Both the position numbers and the translations under genes were made by a program. Positions 33,595-45,304 of a DNA stretch of 64,000 nucleotides are shown here, piece after piece; the first letter of the stretch is position 1, and every line of letters starts with the position of its first letter. This DNA comes from an uncultured Acinetobacter sp. (lineage in GTDB: Bacteria; Pseudomonadota; Gammaproteobacteria; Pseudomonadales; Moraxellaceae): the NCBI RefSeq assembly GCF_947493735.1, contig NZ_CANLSL010000007.1:1820-65819 (forward strand), in the 5' to 3' direction. The notes beneath the pieces are model-generated. The model was given only the letters and a program-made list of their open reading frames with translations, was not told the DNA's origin and did not search any database.

Positions 33595-34125
33595 GTCGAA
33601 ACTCCAAATCAATGTTCTATATTAAAGGTGCGCAATTTTATGCATCTCAACGCCAACTGTCAATGCAAAAAATACAAATTTGGGATAAGTTTTCCACAAA
33701 CCGATGTGTTTTTTTGAATTTAAATTCAAAAAATTTAACTATAAAGCTTAAGCATTGATTTTTAAATTCAAAACGGCAATCAAATCTTATCGCTATTTGT
33801 ACTCTTTTTTACAATGCACGATTGCTGAAATGCACACCGTTATTGATCTAATAAGCAAAATGTAAGACATGTGTAAGTAATATTGAAAAATAAAGTTTGA
33901 GCTTTTTAAAATTCAAAAGTTGAGTCATTGATCTGCGATTTTCAAAGTCCTTCACTAAAGTCTAAGTTTTAAACTATAGAAGTTAAAACACACATTTTAC
34001 TTTATTTAATAAATATAAATCAATAATTTATAAAGTTTCCCATTTTATTTCCTGCTTTTAACAACTACGATAACTAAGTCATTCTCAGTTTCGATAGTGC
34101 AGTTGTTCACAATACAATGCAGATC

Positions 34126-34170
34126 TAAATTTAAATTTATAAATTTAAATTTTAAATTTATTATTATTAA
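34126..34170. repeat. Candidate DNA-unwinding element: 45 bp of 100% A/T with AAATTTAAATTT-type repeats
   Basis: TAAATTTAAATTTATAAATTTAAATTTTAAATTTATTATTATTAA, read directly from the sequence. Confidence 0.6.
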
Positions 34171-34260
34171 GTAGCGTTTTTCCTGTGGAATGTGAATTTA
34201 TATTTATTTTATTCAATAAGATATCTTGTGTATAACTATGTTTATCTAAAAATAGTAAAT

Positions 34261-34354
34261 TGTGGATAAGTTTTTGTGTTATTTTATCCACAGGTTGAGG
34301 AAATAGTTATCCACATTGTGATTTATGAATTTAAATTTATCTAATTGTGGATAA
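34261..34354. promoter_or_regulatory. Cluster of four perfect DnaA boxes
   Basis: TGTGGATAA at 34261-34269, TTATCCACA at 34284-34292, TTATCCACA at 34307-34315, TGTGGATAA at 34346-34354. Confidence 0.9.
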
Positions 34355-34485
34355 TTTATGCGTTCGCACCGATTGACTTATGACAGCGTGATTGAACTTG
34401 GTTAGAATGGCGACCCCGCTAAATAGAAGTCGGGCATTGGTCGTTTTTTGAATTTAAAAAGATAGTTAGGGATTGGGAGACATTA

Positions 34486-35856
34486 ATGCTTTGGGCAGAA
34501 TGTTTAGAACGCTTAAGAAAGCATGTGTCTGATAACCACTTCACCATGTGGATTCGACCACTTGAGGCAGAAGAACACTCAGATTGCTTAAAACTGTATG
34601 TGCCAAGCCCATATTGGAAGAGTCATATTGAAAGGGATTATCATGAAATCATTTCGATCATGGCTGAACAAATCTCAGAAGGACGTGTGCGTCAAGTAGA
34701 AGTGTTGGTGGGATCTAGTCCTGGTAAAGATATTTTAACCAAGCAAGAAACACCTGCGACCACAACTTCTGCATTACAAAGTCCGCCAGTTATTCCAAAA
34801 GCAACATCAAATGACACAGCAAAACCAGCTAAAGTTCGTCAGCTTAATCCTGCATTGAACTTTAATTTATTTGTTGAAGGTCGTTCCAACCAAATGGCGG
34901 CAGATGCTTGTCGTAAAGTCCTCACTAAGTTGGGTGCGGATGATCACAATCCATTATTCTTATATGGACCGACTGGCTTGGGTAAAACGCATTTGATGCA
35001 AGCAGTAGGTAATGCGTTATTGCAACTAAAACCGAATGCAAAAGTGATGTACATGACTGCGGAAAGTTTTGTACAGGATTTTGTCAGTGCCTTACAACGT
35101 AAAAAAATTGAAGAATTTAAGAAAAATTGTCGATCGCTAGATTTGATGCTCGTCGATGATATCCATCTATTGGCAGGCAAAGAAGCGAGCTTACAAGAAT
35201 TTTTCTATACATTTAATGCCTTACTTGATGAATCTAAACAGATTATTCTCACCTCAGATCGCTATCCTAAAGAGTTAACTGAGCTTGATCCACGTCTGGT
35301 TTCACGGTTTTCTTGGGGTTTATCAGTCGGTGTAGAACCACCAGATATTGAAACACGGACCGAAATTTTGCTGAAAAAAGCAGAAAGTAGTGAGATTGAT
35401 TTACCACGCAATTGTGCTTTGTTTATTGCGCAACAAGTGGTAGCGAATGTACGTGAGCTTGAAGGTGCGTTAAACCGTGTGGTGGCAACGGCACGTTTTC
35501 GTGGTTCAGCGATTGATTTGGAAGTGGTACGTGAGTCGCTCAAAGATGTACTTGCAATCCGTGCACGGAATATCAGTGTTGAAAATATTCAAAAAGTGGT
35601 CTGTGAATATTTCCGTATTCCACTCAAAGAATTGACAGGTCCAAAGCGGAGTCGAATTTATGCACGACCTCGTCAGATGGCGATGGGTTTAGCACGTGAA
35701 CTCACAGGTGATAGTTATCCTGAAATTGGCATGGCATTTGGTGGACGTGACCATAGTACGGTGATGCATGCCTGCGAAAAAGTACAAAGTCTGCGCAATG
35801 AAGACCCAAGCTTTAATGATGACTATAAAAACCTACATCGCTTACTACAAAGTTAA
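34486..35856 (+). CDS. dnaA: Chromosomal replication initiator protein DnaA
   Basis: 456 aa. AAA+ 'LFLYGPTGLGKTHL', 'LMLVDDIH', and the C-terminal DNA-binding 'GGRDHSTVMHA'. Confidence 0.98.
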   Translation: MLWAECLERLRKHVSDNHFTMWIRPLEAEEHSDCLKLYVPSPYWKSHIERDYHEIISIMAEQISEGRVRQVEVLVGSSPGKDILTKQETPATTTSALQSPPVIPKATSNDTAKPAKVRQLNPALNFNLFVEGRSNQMAADACRKVLTKLGADDHNPLFLYGPTGLGKTHLMQAVGNALLQLKPNAKVMYMTAESFVQDFVSALQRKKIEEFKKNCRSLDLMLVDDIHLLAGKEASLQEFFYTFNALLDESKQIILTSDRYPKELTELDPRLVSRFSWGLSVGVEPPDIETRTEILLKKAESSEIDLPRNCALFIAQQVVANVRELEGALNRVVATARFRGSAIDLEVVRESLKDVLAIRARNISVENIQKVVCEYFRIPLKELTGPKRSRIYARPRQMAMGLARELTGDSYPEIGMAFGGRDHSTVMHACEKVQSLRNEDPSFNDDYKNLHRLLQS

Positions 35857-36069
35857 ATTAGTAATTTTAATTTATATTTAAAATTCAAATAATTATCTTT
35901 ATGAAAAGTGGTAATTTATTGTATTTCATCAGTTAAAATGCAATAAATTATCAATTGTCAATTGTCCTTGAATATGCTTAGATTGAGCATTCATTTCTAT
36001 CAACTCGCATCAAACATTATTAAACGTTCGATATTGATTAAACATTGCTGAAAATTTGGATTTTGACTC

Positions 36070-37224
36070 ATGACTAGCCTGCACTTAAAGATAGCGAAAG
36101 AAACATTATTAAATGTACTTACCCATGTGATGGGGGCTGTTGAGCGTCGTCATACCATGAATATTTTGTCCAATATCAAAATCCAAGTGAACGAATCAGA
36201 ATTAACAATCACAGGGTCAGATCTTGAAGTGGAGCTGGTGGCGAGTACTGCGTTAGAAGCTGGTGCATGTATCCAAGCGGGTGAAAGTACAGTACCTGCA
36301 CGTAAGCTGATGGATATTTGTAAATCTTTACCGAATTCTGCTTTGCTTGATTTGCAAGTGACCGATGATCAGCGTTGTGTATTGGTGTCTGGTCAGAGCC
36401 GTTTTGTGCTCGGCACTTTGCCTGCAGAAGATTATCCATTGCTCAACAATGAATCGACACAAGGTACTGAAGTACAAGTGTCGCAAGTGGCGTTAAAGCA
36501 TTTGTTTGAAAAAACATCTTTTGCCATGGCGGTGCAAGATGTACGTTTTTATTTGACAGGTACTCTGCTAGAAATCGAACAGAATCAGTTACGCGCAGTG
36601 ACGACAGATGGGCACCGTTTGGCATTGTCTGAAGCGACTGCAACATCGAATACAAATGAAGTGCAACAAGCGATTGTACCTCGTAAAGCGGTGGGCGAAT
36701 TACAACGTCTGTTAACAGTGGAAGATTTACCTTTAACGATTTTGATTGGTCGTGAACTGCTGAATGTGACGATTGAACAGCCAAGCAAAGGCAATGAATC
36801 AGCAATCGTAGTACGTTTCACTACCAAGTTAATCGATGGAAAATTCCCTGATTATCGCCGTGTGATTCCAAAAGGTGGCGATAAAATTGCAACGCTGGCA
36901 CATGATGCATTTAAGCAAACCTTGCAACGTGTGGCGATTTTAAGTAATGAAAAATTACGTGGGGTGTTTTTAACTTTTAATGCAGATGTACTTCAGCTCA
37001 AAGCCAATAACCCAGAGCAAGATGAAGCCGTTGAAGATTTTGCCATGCAGTATCAAGGCGATACCTTAGAAATGTCATTTAATGCGCAATATTTACTCGA
37101 TGTGGTGAATGTATTGGATGGCGATGATGTGCAAATGCAAATGTCTGAATCCAATCAATCAGTATTGATTCAAGATCCAAATCAGCCTGCGCAAACTTAT
37201 GTCGTGATGCCAATGCGAGTCTAA
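36070..37224 (+). CDS. dnaN: DNA polymerase III beta sliding clamp
   Basis: 384 aa with the characteristic '[12 protein letters not shown]...[15 protein letters not shown]' N-terminus and 'YVVMPMRV' C-terminus. Confidence 0.96.
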   Translation: MTSLHLKIAKETLLNVLTHVMGAVERRHTMNILSNIKIQVNESELTITGSDLEVELVASTALEAGACIQAGESTVPARKLMDICKSLPNSALLDLQVTDDQRCVLVSGQSRFVLGTLPAEDYPLLNNESTQGTEVQVSQVALKHLFEKTSFAMAVQDVRFYLTGTLLEIEQNQLRAVTTDGHRLALSEATATSNTNEVQQAIVPRKAVGELQRLLTVEDLPLTILIGRELLNVTIEQPSKGNESAIVVRFTTKLIDGKFPDYRRVIPKGGDKIATLAHDAFKQTLQRVAILSNEKLRGVFLTFNADVLQLKANNPEQDEAVEDFAMQYQGDTLEMSFNAQYLLDVVNVLDGDDVQMQMSESNQSVLIQDPNQPAQTYVVMPMRV

Positions 37225-37231
37225 TCGCCTA

Positions 37232-38311
37232 ATGCTGTTGCAAAAACTGCGTATCGAACGACTTCGAAATATCCAAACGGTTGCAATGCACGACTTGCAA
37301 CCGTTTAATATTTTTTATGGCGCAAATGGTTCAGGTAAAACCTCAATTCTCGAAGCGATTCATTTGCTTGCCACAGGGCGCTCTTTTCGTACCCATATTC
37401 CAAAACACTATATCCAATATCATCAAGCGGACACCATGATCTATGCGCAGTCACGGGAGTATCGTATTGGCTTACAAAAACTCAGTAGTGGCGAACAGAC
37501 CATGCGGGTCAATGGCGATAGTGTGGCAACACAAGGTCAAATGGCAAAATTACTCCCTGTGCAAGTGATCGAGCCACAGAGTACAGACATTATCGATCAT
37601 GGTGCAAAACCTCGCCGACAAATGTTAGATTGGCTCATGTTTCACGTGGAACCAGATTTTTTTGCGTTGTGGCAGAACTATGCAAGAGCGTTGAAACAAC
37701 GTAATAGCCTACTCAAAAGCTACCCTGTCAGCCGTGAACAAGTGAAAACTTGGGATCAATTGCTTGCGAATTCAGGTGAGCAGATTCATTTATTACGTGA
37801 ATTGATCGTTAGCCAATGGCAAGAGGATGTGCAAGCAGAGCTGAAATTACTCTTGCCAGATTTTGAGATTGAATTGGAATATGTGGCAGGATTTTCGACA
37901 GATCTAGGTTTGTCTGAACATTTGGCGCAAAGCCTGCAAAAAGATATTGATCGACGCACTACGAATTATGGTGTACATCGTGCTGATTTACGCTTTAAAA
38001 CGCCAATTGGCGATGCCGAGGAAGTGTTGTCACGAGGACAAAAAAAGCTACTTATCGTGGCGCTGAAACTGGCGCAAATCGCCCTTTTAAATCGCTCAAA
38101 TAAGGAAACTGTGGTATTATTGGATGATCTAACCGCAGAGCTCGATACGCAGGCACAACAACGATTAATACGCCGTTTGCATCAATTAGGTAGTCAGGTT
38201 TTCCTCACCACTTTAGATCAACAAGCCGTTAAACACTATATGGATGACATCCAGTTGCCGTATCAGTTGTATTGTGTCGAATCTGGGCAAGTGCGTTCGG
38301 TTTCAATCTAA
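37232..38311 (+). CDS. recF: DNA replication and repair protein RecF
   Basis: Walker A '[14 protein letters not shown]', signature 'SRGQKKLL' and 'VLLDDL'. Confidence 0.95.
   Translation: MLLQKLRIERLRNIQTVAMHDLQPFNIFYGANGSGKTSILEAIHLLATGRSFRTHIPKHYIQYHQADTMIYAQSREYRIGLQKLSSGEQTMRVNGDSVATQGQMAKLLPVQVIEPQSTDIIDHGAKPRRQMLDWLMFHVEPDFFALWQNYARALKQRNSLLKSYPVSREQVKTWDQLLANSGEQIHLLRELIVSQWQEDVQAELKLLLPDFEIELEYVAGFSTDLGLSEHLAQSLQKDIDRRTTNYGVHRADLRFKTPIGDAEEVLSRGQKKLLIVALKLAQIALLNRSNKETVVLLDDLTAELDTQAQQRLIRRLHQLGSQVFLTTLDQQAVKHYMDDIQLPYQLYCVESGQVRSVSI
37638..37653. promoter_or_regulatory. parS-like 16-mer inside recF
   Basis: TGTTTCACGTGGAACC matches 15/16 positions of the parS palindrome. It encodes the RecF peptide M-F-H-V-E-P, so coding constraint may contribute. 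Confidence 0.5.
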
Positions 38312-38356
38312 ACCAATCTTATGCGATGTCGATCTATTGAAACCTTTTGGCAATGA

Positions 38357-40903
<2,547 letters not shown>

Positions 40904-41037
40904 TATGAATTGTAATATCGGAAATTTTCACTTTTAGTTGCAACATGCTAAATTAAAAGTGTCAAAAACAAAGCGTCGAAACGTCAGTTTTGGCGCTTTT
41001 TTCATGGAGAACTGAAATAGTTAAAAAGGAAATAAAT

Positions 41038-41331
41038 ATGGATATTCAACAACAAGACGATGGCAAACATGGTCTATTTCAAGCTCTAGATAATGATAAC
41101 GGCAAAGAAAAGCTCGCTGGAGAAATGACATATACATCGGCTGTCGAAGAAATGTTTATCATTGATCACGATGTGTTAGAAGATTATCGTGGACAAGGTA
41201 TCGGTCGTCAGCTTTTAGATGCAGTAGTCGCCTTCGCTCGATGAAAAAACTTAAAAATCATTCCTTTATGCCCTTATGCAAAATCTGTATTCGATAAAGA
41301 TCCAAGTATTGCCGATGTGCTTAGAAATTAA
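41038..41331 (+). pseudogene. YjdJ-type small GNAT N-acetyltransferase interrupted by an in-frame TGA (codon 69)
   Basis: '...RGQGIGRQLLDAVVAFAR' then TGA (41242-41244), then the same frame continues 'KNLKIIPLCPYAKSVFDKDPSIADVLRN*'. This matches the conserved C-terminus of E. coli YjdJ-like proteins ('KIIPLCPFAK'). Confidence 0.7.
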
Positions 41332-41512
41332 TACTATATTTATCAAAAACTTAAATGTAGTGTAATGAATGACTTTCGTTCGTCGGAAAGCCTTTCATTT
41401 TACTTTCACTTTAAAAAGTTTTGTGAGATTCTAATCCAATTCAAAATTTCGGAGTAGATTTTGAATCTTTAAAAAATGGACTTTTTGAAGCTGCTTTAGA
41501 CAATTTCTAAAG

Positions 41513-41631
41513 TTGTGCACAAACTTGTCCACAGCTTAATCTATTGAATTAATAATGAAAAATAATATTTACACTAAAGGGTTATCCACAAATTTAAATT
41601 TATTCGCTAGACCTTATACTTTCTTTCCACA
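41513..41631 (+). promoter_or_regulatory. Second cluster of DnaA-box-like sequences upstream of purE
   Basis: TTGTGCACA (41513), TTGTCCACA (41525), perfect TTATCCACA (41582-41590) and CTTTCCACA (41623), all in the same orientation. The perfect box is followed by AAATTTAAATTTAT, the motif seen in oriC. Confidence 0.55.
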
Positions 41632-41785
41632 GACTTTTTAAATTTAAACGTCGTATTTCAATTTTGGTTTCGATATGAAAATCGCTATAATATGCGGTTT
41701 CTTCTTTTCTCTTTTAGTTTGGTCGTTTGAATCTCATGTTTTGACCATTCTGAATTTTTACTTTACGTCATCACTTAGCGGAACT

Positions 41786-42307
41786 ATGCCAATGAATGCG
41801 GTCAACACTATCGATGCTCAGCCTTTAGTTGGAATTATTATGGGCTCTCAATCTGATTGGGCGACACTTGAGCACACTGCGAATATGTTGCAACAGCTCA
41901 ATGTGCCTTTTGAGGCGGAAGTGGTGTCTGCGCATCGTACCCCAGATCGCTTGTTTGAATATGCTGAAACAGCACGTGAGCGTGGTATTCAAGTGATTAT
42001 TGCAGGTGCGGGCGGTGCAGCGCATTTACCGGGGATGTGTGCTGCAAAAACAGATCTACCAGTACTCGGTGTGCCGGTGAAATCGTCTATTTTAAATGGT
42101 GTGGACTCTCTGCTTTCTATCGTACAAATGCCTGCAGGTATTGCTGTAGGTACTTTAGCGATTGGTCCTGCAGGTGCGACCAATGCAGCGATCATGGCGG
42201 CGCAAATTGTCGGTTTACAGCGTGCGGATATTGCTCAAAATGTCGCAGATTTCCGCAGTGCCCAAACAGCGAAAGTAGAGAACAATAACATCCCAGGTCA
42301 GGTTTAA
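41786..42307 (+). CDS. purE: N5-carboxyaminoimidazole ribonucleotide mutase
   Basis: '[11 protein letters not shown]', 'SAHRTPD' and '[14 protein letters not shown]'. The start is trimmed from the hydrophobic 41675 extension to the ATG at 41786. Confidence 0.93.
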   Translation: MPMNAVNTIDAQPLVGIIMGSQSDWATLEHTANMLQQLNVPFEAEVVSAHRTPDRLFEYAETARERGIQVIIAGAGGAAHLPGMCAAKTDLPVLGVPVKSSILNGVDSLLSIVQMPAGIAVGTLAIGPAGATNAAIMAAQIVGLQRADIAQNVADFRSAQTAKVENNNIPGQV

Positions 42308-42317
42308 GGTCGAGATC

Positions 42318-43448
42318 ATGTCAAAAATGAAGATTGGTATTTTTGGTGGTGGTCAGCTTGGTCGCATGATGGCGCAAGCCGCTTTGCCTTTGAATATTCA
42401 ATGTACTTTTTTCGAAGCCAGTACAGATTGCCCTTCTGCAATTTTGGGTCAAGTGATTTCTAGCCAAGAAGAAAATGGTTTAGAAAAATTCATGCAAAGT
42501 GCTGATGTATTTAGTTTGGAGTTTGAAAATACACCACTTACAGATGTTGATCAGCTCGTCCAATCTAAGAAAATTTATCCACCACGTCAGGCTTTGGCGA
42601 TTGCGCAAAATCGTTTGTTGGAGAAATCTTTATTTGATGAGTTAGACATTCCAGTTGCACCGTATCGTGCGGTAGATAGTTTAGAGAGTTTACAGCAAGC
42701 CGTAAGCGATTTAGGTTTGCCGATTGTGCTCAAAACCGCAACAGGTGGCTACGATGGTAAAGGTCAATTTGTCCTCAAAAATGAAGCGCAGATTGATGAA
42801 GCATGGGCTGAACTTGGTGCAGCTAAATCATTAATTGCAGAAAGTTTTGTGCAGTTCAACCGTGAAGTGTCGATCATTGCGGTGCGTGGTCAAGACGGTG
42901 AAGTACGGACATGGGATCTGGCAGAAAACCATCATCATCATGGCATTTTGTCGCATTCGATCATCCCTGCGCCGAATAGCTTACATTTACAACCGATCGC
43001 TGAAGACTATATCACTCGTCTACTCAATCATTTGGACTATGTTGGTGTACTGACCCTTGAGCTGTTTGTCACTGAACAAGGCATGTTTGCCAATGAAATG
43101 GCGCCACGAGTTCATAATTCGGGACATTGGTCGATTGAAGGTGCGGTATGCTCACAATTTGAAAATCATATTCGTGCAGTAGCAGGCTTACCACTCGGGT
43201 CAACCAAAACGATCCGACCAACGGTGATGGTGAATATTATTTCACAGCATCCAAAGACAGCACTCATTCTCGCTTTAGACAGTGCGCATCTACATCTTTA
43301 TGACAAATCTGAAAGAGAAGGCCGAAAGCTAGGACACATCACGCTTATGCCGAATTCGAGTGATGAATTGACTGCACTTTGTCGGAAATTAGCGGTAATT
43401 TTACCTGAACCATTGGCACTTGATGCGGCAATGCAGATACAGTTTTAA
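42318..43448 (+). CDS. purK: N5-carboxyaminoimidazole ribonucleotide synthase
   Basis: ATP-grasp protein 'GIFGGGQLGRMM...' following purE. Confidence 0.93.
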   Translation: MSKMKIGIFGGGQLGRMMAQAALPLNIQCTFFEASTDCPSAILGQVISSQEENGLEKFMQSADVFSLEFENTPLTDVDQLVQSKKIYPPRQALAIAQNRLLEKSLFDELDIPVAPYRAVDSLESLQQAVSDLGLPIVLKTATGGYDGKGQFVLKNEAQIDEAWAELGAAKSLIAESFVQFNREVSIIAVRGQDGEVRTWDLAENHHHHGILSHSIIPAPNSLHLQPIAEDYITRLLNHLDYVGVLTLELFVTEQGMFANEMAPRVHNSGHWSIEGAVCSQFENHIRAVAGLPLGSTKTIRPTVMVNIISQHPKTALILALDSAHLHLYDKSEREGRKLGHITLMPNSSDELTALCRKLAVILPEPLALDAAMQIQF

Positions 43449-43560
43449 TTCAGAATGAATTAAAAAAATGTGAACTACTTAAAAATATTTTTATTCTTTG
43501 TATTGTAAATCCCTTTTTTTTCGATATAATGGATAGCGTAAAATCCCTTTTTGGTTTTAT

Positions 43561-43592
43561 ACGGTAACACACCCCTGTTGCCGTTTTTTTTT
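43561..43592 (+). terminator. Strong intrinsic terminator (8-bp stem, T9)
   Basis: ACGGTAAC-ACACCCCT-GTTGCCGT followed by TTTTTTTT. Confidence 0.8.
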
Positions 43593-43658
43593 GCCTAAAA
43601 TTTGGCTTTTAAATCGCTGAATCGTGTAAAAGCGATTAAGCATTAAAATGCAGTCATG

Positions 43659-43674
43659 TGTTCCACGTGAAACA
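43659..43674. promoter_or_regulatory. Consensus parS site
   Basis: TGTTCCACGTGAAACA is identical to the canonical Spo0J/ParB parS 16-mer. It lies between the convergent purK and pepD. Confidence 0.85.
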
Positions 43675-43680
43675 ATTCTT

Positions 43681-45156
43681 TTAAAACGGTTGCTTTGAAG
43701 GCACAGATGCCAATGCAGATTTGAGCAACTGCCAACACTTTTCAACGGTTTCAATATTTACCCTTTCTCCAGGTGCATGTGCGCCACGGATATCAGGACC
43801 AAAAGATACCATTTCTAGATGCGGATAATGCTCTGCAATGATGCCACACTCCAATCCTGCATGAATCACTTTACGTTTTGCTTCGATGCCAAATACATCT
43901 CGGTAGGCTTGTTGCAAGCAGGCTAAAGCTTTGGAACTTGGATTTGGTGTCCACCCTGAAACAAGTGGTGCTAAAGTCGCTTGAAGATTATGGTTGATAA
44001 AGTGCTGTTGAATTCGCTCCGCTAATGCGCCTGCATCAGAATTCACCAAAGAGCGCACCATAATAGATGCTTTAATTGCATTCTGATCTATAGACACCAC
44101 ACCGATATTATTCGAGGTTTCAACAATATCAGGAATAGTTTGGCTAAATTTGCTCACACCATATGGGCAATTGGCTAAAGCTTGGAGCCATTGATTCTGT
44201 TGTTTTTCTTCTAAAATGTATTGATGATTTTGCGTAGATTTCTGAATTTGGATATGCAAATCACCATCAATGTGTTGTAGTTTCTCTCGCCATTTGCATT
44301 CCGTATTGAATATAGCCTGTTGTAAGTTTTCAAATTGATTGATTGGAATCGCAATAGTTGCAGAGGCTTCTCTTGCAATGGCATTACGTGCTGTGCCGCC
44401 TTGCATAGAGATTAAATGACCGTCTAGATTGTGCAGGTATTCTGATAAAAATTTCGCCAAAATCACATTGGCATTACCACGACCTTCATGGATATCTAGC
44501 CCAGAATGTCCGCCTTTGAGTCCGAAGATTTGCAAATCATAAAATGCTAAATTTGGTGGTGCTTCGATAAGCTGAGCAGTTTGATTGACCTGAACATCCT
44601 GACTGCCCGCACAGCCTAAATACAATTCACCCCATTGTTCGGTATCAATATTGATCAGCCATTGGCCGTTTAAAATATTTGGCGATAAAAATCGTGCGCC
44701 ACTCATGCCTGCTTCTTCATCAACGGTGAGTAAAACCTCAATTGGTCCATGTGCAAAATCGTCTGACTCAAGCACAGCCAAAGACAGCGCGACACCAATG
44801 CCATTATCCGCACCTAAGGTGGTATGTTTTGCAATGAGCCAACCCTCTTCGATCACTGGTTGGATCGGATCGTGTAGGAAGTCATGCACTGTATCTCGAT
44901 TGACTTGTGTGACCATATCGAGATGACCTTGCAGAATGACAGGAATCGCATTTTCCATACCTTCGCTTGCAGGTTTTCGAATGACGAGATTACCGATGTC
45001 ATCGACTTCCGCTTCCAAGCCTCGTTGTATTGCCCACTGTTGAAGATAATCACGTATCATCTGCTCATGCTTTGATGGGCGTGGAATTGTGCATAAGGTT
45101 TGAAAGTGTCGCCAAACGATTTGTGGTGTAAGTAAGCCAATTTCAACAGTAGGCAT
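43681..45156 (-). CDS. pepD: Aminoacyl-histidine (Xaa-His) dipeptidase, M20 family
   Basis: 491 aa with 'LQGHLDMV', 'LGADNGIG' and 'TVDEEAGM' M20C motifs. Confidence 0.9.
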   Translation of the reverse strand: MPTVEIGLLTPQIVWRHFQTLCTIPRPSKHEQMIRDYLQQWAIQRGLEAEVDDIGNLVIRKPASEGMENAIPVILQGHLDMVTQVNRDTVHDFLHDPIQPVIEEGWLIAKHTTLGADNGIGVALSLAVLESDDFAHGPIEVLLTVDEEAGMSGARFLSPNILNGQWLINIDTEQWGELYLGCAGSQDVQVNQTAQLIEAPPNLAFYDLQIFGLKGGHSGLDIHEGRGNANVILAKFLSEYLHNLDGHLISMQGGTARNAIAREASATIAIPINQFENLQQAIFNTECKWREKLQHIDGDLHIQIQKSTQNHQYILEEKQQNQWLQALANCPYGVSKFSQTIPDIVETSNNIGVVSIDQNAIKASIMVRSLVNSDAGALAERIQQHFINHNLQATLAPLVSGWTPNPSSKALACLQQAYRDVFGIEAKRKVIHAGLECGIIAEHYPHLEMVSFGPDIRGAHAPGERVNIETVEKCWQLLKSALASVPSKQPF

Positions 45157-45232
45157 GATGGGTCATCTAAGAGTTTTGGTGTATGTATCATATGTCAAAT
45201 CGGCAATAGGTTATGCAACTATTTTTAAACTT

Positions 45233-45250
45233 TGTACGAAATGACGTACA
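45233..45250. promoter_or_regulatory. GacA/UvrY-box-like palindrome upstream of the candidate sRNA
   Basis: TGTACG-AAATGA-CGTACA is a perfect 6-N6-6 palindrome with the same architecture as TGTAAG-N6-CTTACA. Its centre is about 65 bp upstream of the inferred start, and a TATAAAAT -10-like element sits at 45293-45300. Confidence 0.4.
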
Positions 45251-45304
45251 ACTTTTGGCGTAGATGTAGGCTTTCTGTAAGTGGATAAAGTTTATAAAAT
45301 GATC

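Larger units (their letters stand above)
33595..34485. other. oriC: Chromosomal replication origin (oriC) in the rpmH-dnaA intergenic region
   Basis: Four perfect TTATCCACA/TGTGGATAA boxes, several 1-2 mismatch boxes (33690 TTTTCCACA, 34105 TTGTTCACA), and a 45-bp pure A/T tract with AAATTTAAATTT repeats. The location is the one typical of Pseudomonas-type origins. Confidence 0.85.

Noticed and set aside
33475-33717. 80-aa plus-strand ORF (and the 61-aa ORF at 33573-33758)
   Set aside because: It is antisense to rpmH, whose 44-aa L34 product translates perfectly on the minus strand, and it runs into the oriC/rpmH promoter region.
35857-36069. AT-rich 213-bp dnaA-dnaN spacer as a possible second origin half (bipartite oriC)
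   Set aside because: I found no DnaA-box matches in it. Only generic AT-richness and a short CAATTGT duplication are present, which is insufficient evidence.
41675-41785. N-terminal 37-aa hydrophobic extension of purE in the ORF track
   Set aside because: PurE is a soluble enzyme that begins near 'MNAVN...[11 protein letters not shown]'. The extension comes from the AT-rich leader, and the internal ATG at 41786 is the sensible start.
43557-43754. 65-aa minus-strand ORF between purK and pepD
   Set aside because: It overlaps the pepD 3' end, a parS site and an intrinsic terminator. It is most likely an artefact.
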